This document shows, in pieces, positions 17,604-30,647 of a stretch of 64,000 nucleotides of DNA. The translations under genes were made by a program, and so were the position numbers. The stretch lies in contig CP086569.2 in assembly GCA_009914755.4 (NCBI GenBank), positions 7,168,001 to 7,232,000 on the forward strand. The letters run 5' to 3'. The notes beneath the pieces were generated by a model, which saw only the letters and a program-made list of their open reading frames with translations, made no database searches and was not told the origin of the DNA. How positions within the stretch are numbered: position 1 is the first letter of the stretch; each line of letters opens with the position of its first letter. Source of the DNA: the human T2T-CHM13v2.0 reference genome, Homo sapiens.

Positions 17604-19059
17604 CATGGTGTCTTTTCTTAAATGAACTGTGGATTAAGAATGTTAGTAATGGACACATTTGCACCTGACTGATAACATGAGACTCTTCGTCCTAAGTACA
17701 TTGTGCATATATATTTATTCAGAAGATGTTGTCTATTGGCTACTATCTCAGAGGGAAAAGAACTTGGTGTCAGAGATGCAGATGACAAATGAGCTGAACT
17801 AGATGTCAATATGGATGTCTTCAGTTCACATTCCTAAAAGTGACAACATCTCCCTATCCCGGGCTTGCTTTTACTGACAGAATTGGAGCACCAGGGTTTC
17901 TGTTGTGCGTGTCCAAAAAAAAGTCCACAATTCTTCTGAAAGCAAACAGTAAACATATTTACTGCAAGTGTAAATATAACATTCTTCTGAAAGCAAACAG
18001 TACACAGATCTGGCAAGTACAAATACTATGACAGATGCTTATGTCCTGAAATAAATAATAGATATAGTAGATTGTGTTGTAGGTTCCCTTGATTAAGCCT
18101 GACACTCTGCCATTCACATATCAGTCCCAGGAAATTCTTTCATAACACAATTCATCATAGTAACATCAGACTCCTTCAACTACAACCTCATTGAACACAA
18201 TGAACTGGAAATACATTATATTTAAAGAAAAGGCAAGAGTACATTTGGATTTATATCCAAGAGTTCCATACCCATGGATTTAACCAACTGCCAATTGAAA
18301 ATATTTGAAAAAATATCACATCCATATCGAACATGTACAAGTTTTTTTGTGTCATTATTCTCAAAAAATACAGTATAATAACTATTTGTGTAGCATTTTC
18401 ACTGTTTTCAGTATTTTAAGTAATTTAGAGATAATTCAAAGTATAAGGGAGGATGTGCATGGGTTATATACAAATACTACATCATTTTATTTAAGGAACT
18501 TGAGCATCTGTGGATTCTGGTATCTACACAAGGTCCTGGAACCAGTCCTTCATGGATACCTAGAGACAACTGTATGTATCCTGCCACCAACAAAATAAAG
18601 CACTATAATTCTTTCATGCTCAAGAATAAGAATGCCATAATTTTACTTATAATCAATAGACAACAAAAGAGCAAGTTTACATGAGGCCTTTTCCACCCTT
18701 AGCTATTTTCCTTTTCCAATCAATCTTTAACATTTTGAAGGCAAGATTGTATGATTTTCAAGGAATGCACACATTAAAAAATTTGAACCACTTGAGAAGT
18801 CATTAATAAAGATTTTTATTTTACAATGGTAAGAGAGAATCAATGGAACAATTTTAAACTTCTCTTTTTTAGCGAGTTTTATATTTTCTAAAGCACTTTT
18901 ATTATATTTTATTTCTGTAAACGTGGTGGCAATCTTCTTGTAAAGTTGAGGATATGGAATCACAGAGAAATTCATAAACTTGCTGAAGATCATTTACACT
19001 GCCAGTCTGCAAACCCCACTTCTAATATCCAAATGTGTTGAGGGAAGGGACAGTGCCTA

Positions 19060-19680
19060 CTTTAGTCCCAGGCTCCCATAGAATGTTGGCTTATGAAGCA
19101 TAATAGTTAGCTATTGCTGTATAACAAATCATCACCTACTTAGAAGCTTATAAAACGGAAGTCTTTTAACTCACAGTGTCTGTGAGTTAGTAAAATGTGT
19201 ACAATTCAAATGGGTGCAATTCAAATAGGGTATTTCCTGGGGCTGGGGTTTCATCTGAAGGCTGAAATGTGGCAAAATCTACTTTCAAGGTAATTCATGT
19301 GGTTGTTGGCAAGATTCAGATTCTCATAGGTTTTTGGACCAAGAATCTCCATTCCTAGAGGCTGTCTTTAATTCCTCATCACGTTGATTTCTTCACAGGG
19401 CAGCTCACAACATGGCAGCTTGTTTACCATACCCAGCAAGGGAAAGGGTCAACACAGAGAGGCTGCTAGGAAGATGAAACTCACAAGCTCCTGCAGTGTA
19501 ATCACAGAGAGAACACCCCATTGCTTTTGTCATATCGAATTGATTAGAAGCAAGTCATGGATCCCACGGACACTCAAGGAGAGGCGATTATATAATAGTA
19601 TAAATATCAGGATATGAGCATTATTGGGAGCCATCTATGAGTTGTCTGCCCACCCAGAGGACCCATAACGAATGTTTTCT
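19060..19680 (+). mobile_element. MaLR-type LTR (MLT-like), tentative
   Basis: The start ttagctattgctgtataacaaatcatcacctacttagaagcttataaaacggaagtcttttaactcacagtgtctgtgag and the end ...atgagcattattgggagccatctatgagttgtctgcccacc resemble the ends of MLT-class LTRs. The family is not certain. Confidence 0.4.
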
Positions 19681-20526
19681 GAAAAAAACAAAAACAAAAA
19701 CAAGAAACAAAAATTATTGCTAATTGAAAAACCTGACTTCCTGAATTGGAGGTTAGAGTTCTTCCAATACCAGCTTCTGTGCTGACAGCAAGTTATCAGA
19801 GGAGAAATGGGCCCTGGAGGACAGCTTGAAGAAATGTGGTTAGAGGACAAAAGGATACAATGCAAGGTGGGTGCACACAGCACTCAACCTTGACTATCGC
19901 CCTGTCATTCTTAAGACCATGCTGGCTTGCCTTCTAACCCAATGTGGCCCACTATTTTACAACCCCTAATGTAAAATTAGCCATGATGTTCTTCAATTCA
20001 ACAGTTGGCTTTAAAAATATCTGGGATTATTGTTTTCTACATTATAAGAAAACAGAATTTGTGAGACTTTTTTTCCCAGCCTTTGTTATACTGTAAACAG
20101 CAAATGTAAAAGGATTAAGTAGGACAAACACACTTCTTGAGCCCCAAGCTAAGGACAATGTGGCTTCCAAGGCAGAAACAGACTTGAAATGTCAGGTCTG
20201 CTTTAGATGTTATTTATTCAGCTGGAGAATAAATATTACTTCAGTGAACTTCAAAAACAATGGGGATTAAAACCTTCCATACCCTTGAAATAAATTGACC
20301 TCTATTTTTCAAACCAGATGGAAACAGAACTCAAGAGCAAACTCTGAAAGGTAAATCATGGATTAATGATTTTAACATACATCTGAGAAATGTTACTCCC
20401 AACTAACTTGCATTTTTAGAAACTTTTAAATGTATATATTCCTACTGTAATTTTAAAAATATTGACTGAAAAATATTTGCTTTAGACTAAGGTTTCTCCA
20501 GAAGTGAAACAAGACATTTGTGAGCA

Positions 20527-20690
20527 GATGATTCTGTGGTGGGGGCTGCCCTGTGCATTGTAGGGTGTTGACCAACATCCCTGGGATCTACCCAACAGAT
20601 GCCAGGAGCACCCCTTCACTCACTGAGACAAGTGAAAATGTCCCCAGATATTACCCAGTGTTCCCTGGGGAGAAAATTCCCCCCATTTGA
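20527..20690 (+). mobile_element. hAT-type MITE (MER-class) fragment, copy A, directly abutting a GATA array
   Basis: gattctgtggtgggggctgccctgtgcattgtagggtgttgaccaacatccctgggatctacccaacagatgccaggagcacccc...ccctggggagaaaattccccccatttgaaatccacc. This resembles the MITE with the ...cccctgggggcaaaatcgcccccggttgagaaccactg terminus. Confidence 0.5.
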
Positions 20691-21335
20691 AATCCACCAT
20701 CAAAGATAGATAAATGGTAGAGATAGACAGATAGATATAGATAGATGATAGATAGATATAGATAATTGATAAATAAATAGATACAGATGCCAGACAGATG
20801 ATTGACAGATGGATGATAGATAGATAAATAATAATGATGATAGTGTTTAGATATTAGATGGATAGGTATATAGATGATAAATAAAAATAGATACATGGAA
20901 ATATAGATTATAGATTGATAGATATAAATAATAGATGGATAGATGATAGATGGATAGACAGGTAGATACACAGATGATGGATAGATGGATAGGTAGATAG
21001 AGGTGATGTATGAATAGATGATACATAGATAAAGATAGGTAGATAATAGATATAGATGATTGATATGATAGATGACAGATAAATAGATAAATGATATAAT
21101 AGATGATAGATAAATATGATAGATGTAGATTATAGATAGATGACAGATAAGTGATAGATATGACAGATAATATATATGTAGGTAATAGATATGATAGATG
21201 ATAGATATGATAGCTGATAGGTATGATCAATATGCTAGATGGTAGTTAGATAGACATGATAGATGATAGATAAATAGATGTATGTGATAGCTGACAGATA
21301 TGATAAATATTACATGAGATAAAAGACAGAAAAAT

Positions 21336-21380
<45 letters not shown>

Positions 21381-21385
21381 GGAAT
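20691..21385. repeat. GATA/TAGA-rich tetranucleotide array, degenerate (about 690 bp), ending in a perfect (GATA)11-12 block at 21336-21382
   Basis: gatagatagat... interspersed with gatg/gata/gaca variants. The ORFs at 20651-20971 and 20847-21230 (YLSIYLSIY...) are artefacts. Confidence 0.9.
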
Positions 21386-21389
21386 CTCA

Positions 21390-21590
21390 TGCTCAGGCAG
21401 TGTTTCACAGCCTCAGCCCTATTGAAATTTGGGGCTGCATGATTCTCTGTGGTGGGGCCGTTTTGTGCAGTGTAGGATGTTGAACAGCATCCTGGGCCTC
21501 CCACTAGATGCCAGTAGGACCACCCAGTTGTGACAGCCAAAAACTTTCCAGACATCCCCCAATGTCCTCTAGAGGCATCTTAGAGAATAG
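21390..21590 (+). mobile_element. hAT-type MITE fragment, copy B, same family and orientation as copy A
   Basis: ggggctgcatgattctctgtggtggggccgttttgtgcagtgtaggatgttgaacagcatcctgggcctcccactagatgccagtaggaccacccagttgtgacagccaaaaactttccagacatcccccaatgtcctctagaggca. Confidence 0.5.
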
Positions 21591-22189
21591 ATAGAAGACT
21601 ATTCAGAAGAACATCCCCATTATTTTTTAGATAATAAGATCCAGGTCACTCTGCCTAACATCATTCTTTCTGGTTAGAACATTACAACCACCTCATCACC
21701 AGTCCCTGGTGTTGACATTTGCTAAAAATGTGGGACTTGGTTTCACTAGGAGGACTTGGTTTCATTAGGAGGAATTCAATATTGCCACATCATTCCAGAA
21801 GTCTTACTGTTGCTATTTACATTCAGTTCCCCTACTGTGTGCCCGAACAGGAAAGATCTTTCTCTTGAATGTGTTGGTTGGAATTTCTCTGGGTGCTGTC
21901 CTCTTGCTCCTTTTGCTGAAGAAGCTGAGAATGGGTCACTGGCATCTTTTCCTATCTGGTTCTCACACTAGCCTGCAACTGAGGTGGCTGAAGCTCCATC
22001 CTCTTGGTCTCACGCTGTTTCTACCATCTTTGAAGTCTGCAGGTGCCTTCGGAGCCACACCACCTTCAGTTGGCCTCCTCATTGCTGATGGTTGGTGGTC
22101 TGCAACTTAGCTGATGTTGGTCAGTCTCCAAGACTGTTCCAGAATCTTTAGCCACCTTCTCAGCTCAGTTCTCACTGTGCTATCTTAAT

Positions 22190-22525
22190 CCTACTGCTAT
22201 AGTCTCAATGTATCCCCCAAAACTGATATGTTTAAATGTAGTGAACAATGTGATAATATGAAGTAGTGGAGCCTTTAGGAGGTGATTAAGTCATGAGGGT
22301 GGAGCCCTCCCACACATGGGATTTAGTGGCTTATTCAAGGGCTTGAAGGACCATGCTAACTCTTTGCTCTTCTACCTTATGTCATGTGAGAACACAGCAT
22401 GAAGGTACAAGCCCTCATCAGACACCAACTCCACCAGGCCTTGGTGTTGGGCTTTCAGCCTCCAGAATGGTGAGAAAATAAATGTCTGCTCTTTATAAAT
22501 TACTCAGTCTCAGGTATCTTGTTAT
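22190..22525 (+). mobile_element. MaLR solo LTR (MST/MLT-type)
   Basis: ctatagtctcaatgtatcccccaaaactgatatgtttaaatgtag...ggaggtgattaagtcatgagggtggagccctc...ttctaccttatgtcatgtgagaacacagcatgaaggtacaagccctcatcagacacc...ataaattactcagtctcaggtat. Confidence 0.7.
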
Positions 22526-22744
22526 AATTGGACAAGCAGACTGAGGTACCTACTGCTGTTCTTGTTGGTAGCAAACGACTTCTGAACCTTTCCTCATCTT
22601 TGCCAAAAGTCATGGTGAACTTGGCTCCCCCAATACCACTTCCCCATGCTGTGTTAGAGGATGTTTGTAGGATGTGTCTTGGGATACTAATTTTAGCTAG
22701 TCTTGCTGTGCTCTTAGATTAAGATGCATGGGGTTGCATAAAGA

Positions 22745-23235
22745 ATCTATTTGTTTCTTTAGGATGGCTATCATCAAAAAGTCAAAAATAATAAACATTG
22801 GTAAGGATGTGGAGAAAAGGAAACCCTTGTACACTATTGGTGAGAATATAGACTGGTACAGCCACTATGGAAAACAGTATGAAGATTTCAAAAGAATTAA
22901 AAATAGAACTACTATATGACCCAGCAATCTCTCTTCTAGGTATATATCCAAAAGAAATGAAACTGCCACCTTGTGAAGGTATCTCTACTGCCAATTTTAT
23001 TGCAGTAGTATTCACAAAAGCTGAGATATGGAAACATCCTGTTTGCTGACAGATGGATGGATACACACATGTAGTAGATATATACAATGAAATATTACTC
23101 AGTCTTAAAAAACAAGATCTCAACATTTGCTCAACATAGATAAAACTGGGGGACATTGTGTTAAGTGAAATAAGCCAGAGACAGAAAGCAAAATACTGCA
23201 TGATCTCAGTTATACGTGGAATCTAAAAATAAAAA
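22745..23235 (+). mobile_element. Old L1 (L1M-type) 3'-end fragment
   Basis: ggtaaggatgtggagaaaaggaaacccttgtacactattggtgagaatatagactggtacagccactatggaaaacagtatg...ccagcaatctctcttctaggtatatatccaaaagaaatgaaa...gaaatattactcagtcttaaaaaacaagat...aagtgaaataagccagagacagaaagcaaaatactgcatgatctcag. Confidence 0.75.
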
Positions 23236-23330
23236 ATTCAAATGTAGATAGATACACTTGTTCTCTATCAAAACAGTGGTTACCAGGGAGGGTGTTGAGG
23301 GAAGGAAGAAATAGGGAGATGAGGTTAGAG

Positions 23331-23862
23331 CAGCAGTCTCCAACCTTTTTGGCAGCAGGGACGGGTATCATGCGAGACAAATTTACCATGGATTGGGAGC
23401 AGGGTCAAGGGCGGGGAGGATGGTTTCATGATGATTCAAGCTGATTACATTTATTGTGCAGTTTATTTCAATTATGATTACATAGTAATACATAATGAAA
23501 TAATTCTACAACTCACCATCATGTAGAATCAGTGGAGCCCTGAGCTTGTTTTCCTGCAACTAGATGGTCCCATCTGGGGGTTATGGGAGACAGTGACAGA
23601 TCATCGGGCATCAAATTCTCACAAAGAGTGCACAACCTAGATCCCTTCCATGTGCAGTTCATGATAGGGTTCACACAGAATCTAATGCTGCCACTGATCT
23701 GAAAGAAGGCAGAGCTCAGACAGTAATGTGAGCCATGGAGGACATCTGTAAAAAAGATGAAGCTTCTCTGGCTTGCCCGTTGCTCACCTCCTGCTGTGCA
23801 GGCTGGTTCCTACCAGGCCAAGGACTGGTTCTGGTCCCTGGCCTAGGGGTTGGTGACCTCTG
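23331..23862 (+). mobile_element. hAT-type non-autonomous DNA transposon (MER30-like), complete, with terminal inverted repeats and 8-bp TSDs
   Basis: The 5' end cagcagtctccaacctttttggcagcagggacgggt and the 3' end ...ggcctaggggttggtgacctctg are inverted termini. The flanking 8-mers ggttagag (23323-23330) and ggttagaa (23863-23870) match the hAT 8-bp TSD rule. Confidence 0.6.
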
Positions 23863-25569
23863 GGTTAGAAGATACAAAATAGCAGGCATATAGAATGACC
23901 AAGTCTAGTGGGCTGATGTTCCATGTGAAAACTACAGGGAGTAACATTGTAGTGCATTTGGGATTCTTGCTAAAGCAGTAGATTTTAGCTGTTCTTGCCA
24001 AAAAACAAGAACAAAAAATGGGTAACTATGTGACTTGATGGATAGGCTAATTTATTTCATTATAGTAACCTTTTTATTATCCAAATGTATCTCATAACAT
24101 CAGGCTGTATAACTTAAATATACAGAATAAGTTTATTGTTTTTTTAAAAAGAGTATATAAGAAAGGGAAGAATATATTCTGTTGTTCAAGCCTTTTGCAC
24201 TAAGCAGGTCCTTTGGAATAAAATTACAAAATGAATTGTCATTGCAATTATGTTCAATTTGTAAAACCCACCAGAGAGAGAGTCATTGCAAGGACTGAGA
24301 TTCTTGAGGTTACAGGGTCTGTTTCTTATTTACTTTTGCTTTCCCAGCACCTAGGATAGTACCTGACACAAAGCAGGCACTCAGTAAATGTGTGCGTAAA
24401 AACAACAGTAAACAAGGAATATTTTTTTTGTAACTCCAAAGGAATTAGAAGCTCAGCTGTGCCTCTGTAGGGAAAGCCCCAGAGATTTAGCTATGAAAAC
24501 AAAGACAACATCAACAGAGATTCATCCTTTCCAAGTTTTCCTGGAGCCTTATAATCAGCCTATTACCTGACTGCTTGAGGAATTATTGGCCCTATCACTT
24601 GATGAGATGCCCAGGGAAAAATGACCAGGACAGCAGGGTTGAAATGCTCTAATTACTAAGAGAATGAACATCATGATAAGACATAAACCAGAATGCTACA
24701 CACATGGACTTAATGAACTACAGAGTCCTCATTCAAGACAGAAGTCTTCACGTTTTCATAAACACAAAGGTGAGATGACATTTCTTGCCCAAATTTACCA
24801 AATAGCTCTCTCATGTTCCTTCCTTTATTGGACATGGAGGCTTTGTAGAAAATAATGAAAATTTTATTCCTCAAGTGACCCCAGAATTATACAATGCCTA
24901 CAAATGCAACCCCAAATAGCACATTTTTGTTTTTTGATGTTCTTTTATTAAGAGTGTCACATGGTCTATGTACAAAGTGGTATGGTCTATGAACAAAGCT
25001 GTTAGCAAGGATATAAAAAAAGTACATGTGGTTTTGTAATTTTTACATTGACATATCCCTAAACTACAGCAATCTTGTAATTTGTCACCCACATTGTGGG
25101 TGATTAAAGGGGGGTGTGGTGTTTATTAATTTTATGAGCATTGATGTAAATTAGAACTGTCTGAGGAAAGCCAGGACGAAGCCACCCTACCAAGAGTAGG
25201 TAAGAAAATGAAATAAATTGTGGTCTATCTGTATCCTGGGATTCTATTCAGCCTTGAAAAGGAATGAAGTCTTGACACATGGTATAACATGCAAGAACCA
25301 CAAAACACTACAAGAAGTGAGAGAAGCTGGCCACAAAAGACCCCATAGTACATGACTGTATTTACATGAAATATCAAGAATCACTTAATCTCAAAACCCA
25401 GAAGGCAGAGTGGTAGTTGTACGTAGGGCTTGGGAGCAAAAGGAAAGCAGAATGCCTGCTTAGTGGGTATGGGGTGTCCTTTTGGTGTGATGAGAAAATT
25501 CTGAAACTGGATCATGGCAGTGGTTTTACAATATTGCAAGTGTAATATACACCACTAAGTTGTGCACTT

Positions 25570-25932
<363 letters not shown>

Positions 25933-25938
25933 TGACAT

Positions 25939-26245
25939 GGCCGGGTGCAGTGGCTCACACCTGTAATCCCAGCATTTTGGGAGGCCGAGGTGGGCAGATC
26001 TTGAGGTCAGGAGATGGAGACCATCCTGGCCAACACCATGAAACCCCGTCTCTAATAAAAATACAAAAAATTAGCCATGTGTGGTGGTGGGTGCCTATAG
26101 TCCCAGCTACCTGGAGGCTGAGGCAGGAGAATGGCATGAACGCCAGAGGCAGAGCTTGCAGTGAGCCAAGATCGCACCACGGCACTCCAGCCTGGGTGAT
26201 AGAGCTAGACTCTGTCTCAATAAAAAAAAAAAAAAAAAAATGGAA
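25939..26245 (+). mobile_element. Alu SINE, full length
   Basis: ggccgggtgcagtggctcacacctgtaatcccagcattttgggaggccgaggtgggcagatcttgaggtcaggag...gcactccagcctgggtgatagagctagactctgtctcaataaaaaaaaaaaaaaa. Confidence 0.95.
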
Positions 26246-26814
26246 ATGACACTATGGTGAGCATGTCTTCTGCCACGATGAATTCCTAAACACAAAATCA
26301 CATTTGTGTGTCCCAGTCATATTTATTATACTGAGTTGTCATGAAGAGTTTTGTCTGATATTGATTTCCATAACTTATCACCAGGGTTCTATTGCTCAGC
26401 TTCCATCTCCAGAAACATCCCCAGTCAACAATGTCCCATGTCAGAGCAACCTTATCCACCTGTAAATGCTGCAGCCAGCCCAGAAGAATGCCAGTTACTT
26501 CTTTTCTGCTATATTGACGTCAGTTTTTTAGAGATTCAGCGGACCTGGAGCGTGGCCTTCATGCAGGGTAGGTGACCCCCAGATTGGGGCTTAGCTCAGG
26601 AAAAGTTTTTGGCTTCACATAGGGAAGAATTCAACAGTGAGCAGGTAGTGTAAGAAAACAAATTGATTGAAGTGGCAGTGTTACAGCTCCAGCTACAGTG
26701 TTACAGCTCTGGCTACAGCTCTGTTACTGCTCCTGAAGGACTACCCAAGAGGCAGTGGGCTGAGAGTAGCAGCTCAGAGGCAATTCTGGAGTCATATTTT
26801 TACCCACTTTTAAT

Positions 26815-26915
26815 TACAGAAAATCTCTTGAGCAGGGGTTGGCTTCTCTTCAAATATTCCGTGAGAAGAATATGCTAATACTGTTTTGACACTGAAGACG
26901 TCTCATTGCAAAAAA
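26815..26915 (+). repeat. Left arm of an inverted low-copy repeat, about 88% identical to the reverse complement of 27985-28075
   Basis: gcaggggttggcttctcttcaaatattccgtgagaagaatatgctaatactgttttgacactgaagacgtctcattgcaaaaa compared with the reverse complement of 27985-28075, gaacagggattggcttctctccaaatactccatgaggagaatatgccaatactcttttgacactgaagatgtctcactgcaaaaa. Confidence 0.6.
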
Positions 26916-27463
26916 AAAAAGTACATATGCAAATCAAGGGGTGCAAATCAAGGGGTGCATTATGCAGAAATTTGTAGAAAAGATGTGGTAACTTCTGAGT
27001 GTTTCTATGGCAATAGTGAACTGACATGGCCTAGTGGTGGGTGTGTCTTATGGGAAGGTGCTTCTGTTCCTTCCCTGTTTTAGCTAGTCCTCAGTTTGGT
27101 CTGGTGTGTGAGTCCTGCCTCTAAACTTGAGTACTGCCTCACATAGTAGTCTTTCAGGACACATGTCCTCTTTCAAATTGAACTGACAAGGAAACCCTGA
27201 CACAGAGCAAAAAGTATAAAGTTTGAATGGAATCTTAATAGGAGACATGCCATCCTAATTGATTATTGTAGCATTGCTTTGTAGGGAATGAGATGTAGGG
27301 AATGAGATGTTGGGAGGTGGAGGTTGAATATTTCCTCGCTCATCAACTTTGCTGATCAAGTGGATTGGCCAGTGATCTTAGGAGGGAAAAGAGACAACTA
27401 AACTTTTCCGCTGTGAGATTTACACATGTCATTTTGTCAGGAATGGAGATCAATGGTTTATGG

Positions 27464-27780
27464 CAGTGGTCCCCTATTTTTTTTGACACCAGGAATCGAA
27501 TTCGTGGAAGATAATTTTTCCATGAAACCAGGGGTGGTAGGGGATGCTTTCAGGATGATTTAAGCGCATTACATTTATTGTGCCCCTGATTTCTATGATT
27601 ATTACATTGTAATATAAAATAAAATAATTATACAACTCACCATAATGTAGAATCAGTGGAAACCCTGAGCTTGTTTGCCTTCAATTAGACGATCCTATCT
27701 GGGGGTGATGGGAGACAGTGACAGATTATCAGGCATTATATTCTCATAAGGAGCAAGGACTCCTTGTGAGTCCTTATCCA
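27464..27780 (+). mobile_element. Second copy of the MER30-like hAT element, 3'-truncated
   Basis: cagtggtcccctattttttttgacaccaggaatcgaattcgtggaagataatttttccatgaaaccaggggtggtaggggatgctttcaggatgatttaagcgcattacatttattgtgc... is colinear with 23331-23650. Confidence 0.6.
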
Positions 27781-27782
27781 AC

Positions 27783-27870
27783 AAGATTAGGATAGTCTGT
27801 AGTTTACAGACATCATTCTCATAGTTCCACAACATTTAACCAATGGCAACATGTGTGCAGAAATGTGTGT
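27783..27870 (+). repeat. Direct low-copy duplication unit, copy 1; copy 2 is at 28337-28430
   Basis: aacaagattaggatagtctgtagtttacagacatcattctcatagttccacaacatttaaccaatggcaacatgtgtgcagaaatgtgtgtggaggacat compared with aacaaggttaggataatctgtagtttacagacttcattctgatagttccacatttaaccaatagcaacatgtgtgcagatatgtgcatggaagacat. Confidence 0.65.
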
Positions 27871-27995
27871 GGAGGACATATATATGTAAATATATGTATA
27901 CATATATGTATATATACACACACATACACATACACACATAATATATAATATAAAAAGTATATATATATATATATATTTTTGCAGTGAGACATCTT
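27870..27995. repeat. Compound TA/CA/TG microsatellite
   Basis: atatatatgtaaatatatgtatacatatatgtatatatacacacacatacacatacacacataatatataatata...tatatatatatatatat. Confidence 0.85.
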
Positions 27996-28075
27996 CAGTG
28001 TCAAAAGAGTATTGGCATATTCTCCTCATGGAGTATTTGGAGAGAAGCCAATCCCTGTTCAAGGAACAGCTGCAA
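27985..28075 (-). repeat. Right arm of the inverted repeat, partner of 26815-26915
   Basis: See 26815-26915. Confidence 0.6.
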
Positions 28076-28336
28076 CTAAGGATGTGACATGGCTTGCCAT
28101 CAGTGCTTACTAGATGCTATGATACAGCATCTATGTTCCTGTCATGCAATACAGGAAACATCCATAGACTCCTTTAAAAATACAAATTCATGGGTTTAAG
28201 GTTATGGTTGTCAGAAGCAGTAGCAGCAGGAACATGTTAGTTACACATGTTAGAATAATTATGGCAACATGTTAATATTGATGGTATCAGGGTCATAAAA
28301 ATTTGCTAGTGCACCTATAAACACACTCAAATATCC

Positions 28337-28430
28337 AACAAGGTTAGGATAATCTGTAGTTTACAGACTTCATTCTGATAGTTCCACATTTAACCAATAG
28401 CAACATGTGTGCAGATATGTGCATGGAAGA
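28337..28430 (+). repeat. Direct duplication unit, copy 2
   Basis: See 27783-27870. Confidence 0.65.
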
Positions 28431-30328
28431 CATGTTCAAACACTAATTGAAAGAGATTTTTCTTCCGCAGAATTGTATAATCAATAAGAAAGTGGCTTCC
28501 CTAAGAAGTGTAGAGGATACAGGAAGGCAAGAAGAAATAGGAACTGGAAGAAGGAGGGAAGAAGCAAATTCATTTATTTATAAGGCTTTAAAGCCAAATA
28601 ATTGGCAAGTCATATAATTGGCTAGAGAGATTGGGTCTTGCTGATGATTAATTACAACCTGTCTTTGTGTGAATCACCTGGTTTCCTGCCAAAGATGAAG
28701 ATGAAACATTTCCATGAGTAGGCAATTCAGTCTGAGTGTGTCTCATGTTATTTTCAGATGAGGAGACTCCATGTGCATGGTTGCAGCAGGCATTCTTGGG
28801 AGCTCATGAGCTGAATTTCAGGAAAAGCCCAAGAAGATTCCACATTTCCCTCAGGATATCCTCAGGAAAATGTCTGCAGGCCTGGAAACACTTAGCCATC
28901 ACTTGTTTATTTGAGAGAAATCAAAAAGGATTATGGAAACAGATTGGAATGTTGAACCACATTTATAAATGTTCCTAAGCTGTTTCCACTAACCAAAAAT
29001 GATGCTGAATAAACAGAAAACAAACAAAAAGGTCAGGCTGAGAAAGATCACTAGGACTGGCCCCCACAAAAGGGGAAAAGTACTGTGAATATTTAGTGGA
29101 AGAGAAAATGGTAGACATTGACAACCAAGGGAGTGAAGAAGATAGCTTGTCAAAGGGAAGTGTTAGAAAATTAACTCTCTTAGAAGGCTGAAATAAAACA
29201 GATCCAAAAAAGAAAAAAAAGTAAGTCCTTAATCCATTTTGTTTTAATTGTTGTATATGGTGAGAGACAGAGGTCTAGTTTTATTCTTCCATATGTGAAT
29301 ATGCAGTTTTCCCAGTACTATTTATTGAAGAGACTGTCTTTTCCTCAAGGTATGTTTGTGGCACCTTTGTGAAAAATGAGTTCGCTTTAGATCTGTGGAT
29401 TTATTTCTGGGTGCTCTAGTCTGTTCCCTTAGTCTATGTGTCTGGTTTTATACCAGTACTATGCTATTTTGGTCACTATAGCTCTGTAGGAAACTTTGAA
29501 GTACTCCATAAATACATTTAAAAAAATCAAACTGAGAACTCTTATCACTTATGATATCATTGGGTAAAGGTAAAATGCATTCATTCATGAAGTGAAGACA
29601 CTGAGCACCTGGTGTATACCAGTCAATGTGCTAGGTGTGGGCTGAGTATAGTGAGAATGGAAATGTGTGAAGAAGGAAAGAAAGAGACCATGAATTCTTT
29701 GACATTGTTGGAGACCACAATGATCTTATCTGCTTGGAAATACGAGATAGCTTTAAGGTACAATATTGAGTCATTCTTTTGGACAGAATTCTGCAAAGGT
29801 GGTAGGCCAGATATCCTTCTTGGTTCTGCCCTCTTCATTCATGGAGACTTTTTAAATTATGATTTTTGAGTATGGGTAACTCCAGCTGTTACCAAGACTA
29901 TCAGGAAAAGGGAAAGAATAGGGAATCTGGTGAAGACAATGAGAAAGATATAAGATTGGAAGCTATGAATTCATGCCTGCACAGACATGAAGGCAGAAAA
30001 TGGGGTTAAAGATGAATAGAAGCAACGATCCAAGTGTGAGAAAAGTCAAGTTAAATGAGATGACTTTGATGCCACAATGTTGGCCAAGCCACAAGTGGAG
30101 ACTATTTCCCTGAGATCACAGAAGGATATCTTGTTATTGATGTGTGTCCTCTACACTGGGGACTTCTTAGGATAACAATGGATTCTTCCTCTTTTTGGCT
30201 CAGAGAAATTCCACTAATCCCTTTCTTGTGGATTTTCATGATTTTACAGAAATATCTCAGGCTGTAGCCAAGGGCACTGCAACTCTTTGGATGCAATTAG
30301 ATTTGGGTCAATTAGGAAATAAAATGTT

Positions 30329-30647
<319 letters not shown>

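Noticed and set aside
20651-21555. ORFs of 81-127 aa with peptides such as YLSIYLSIYLSIY... and IIYLSMYLFLFIIY...
   Set aside because: These are translations of the GATA/TAGA tetranucleotide arrays. The same artefact occurs at 31659-32101.
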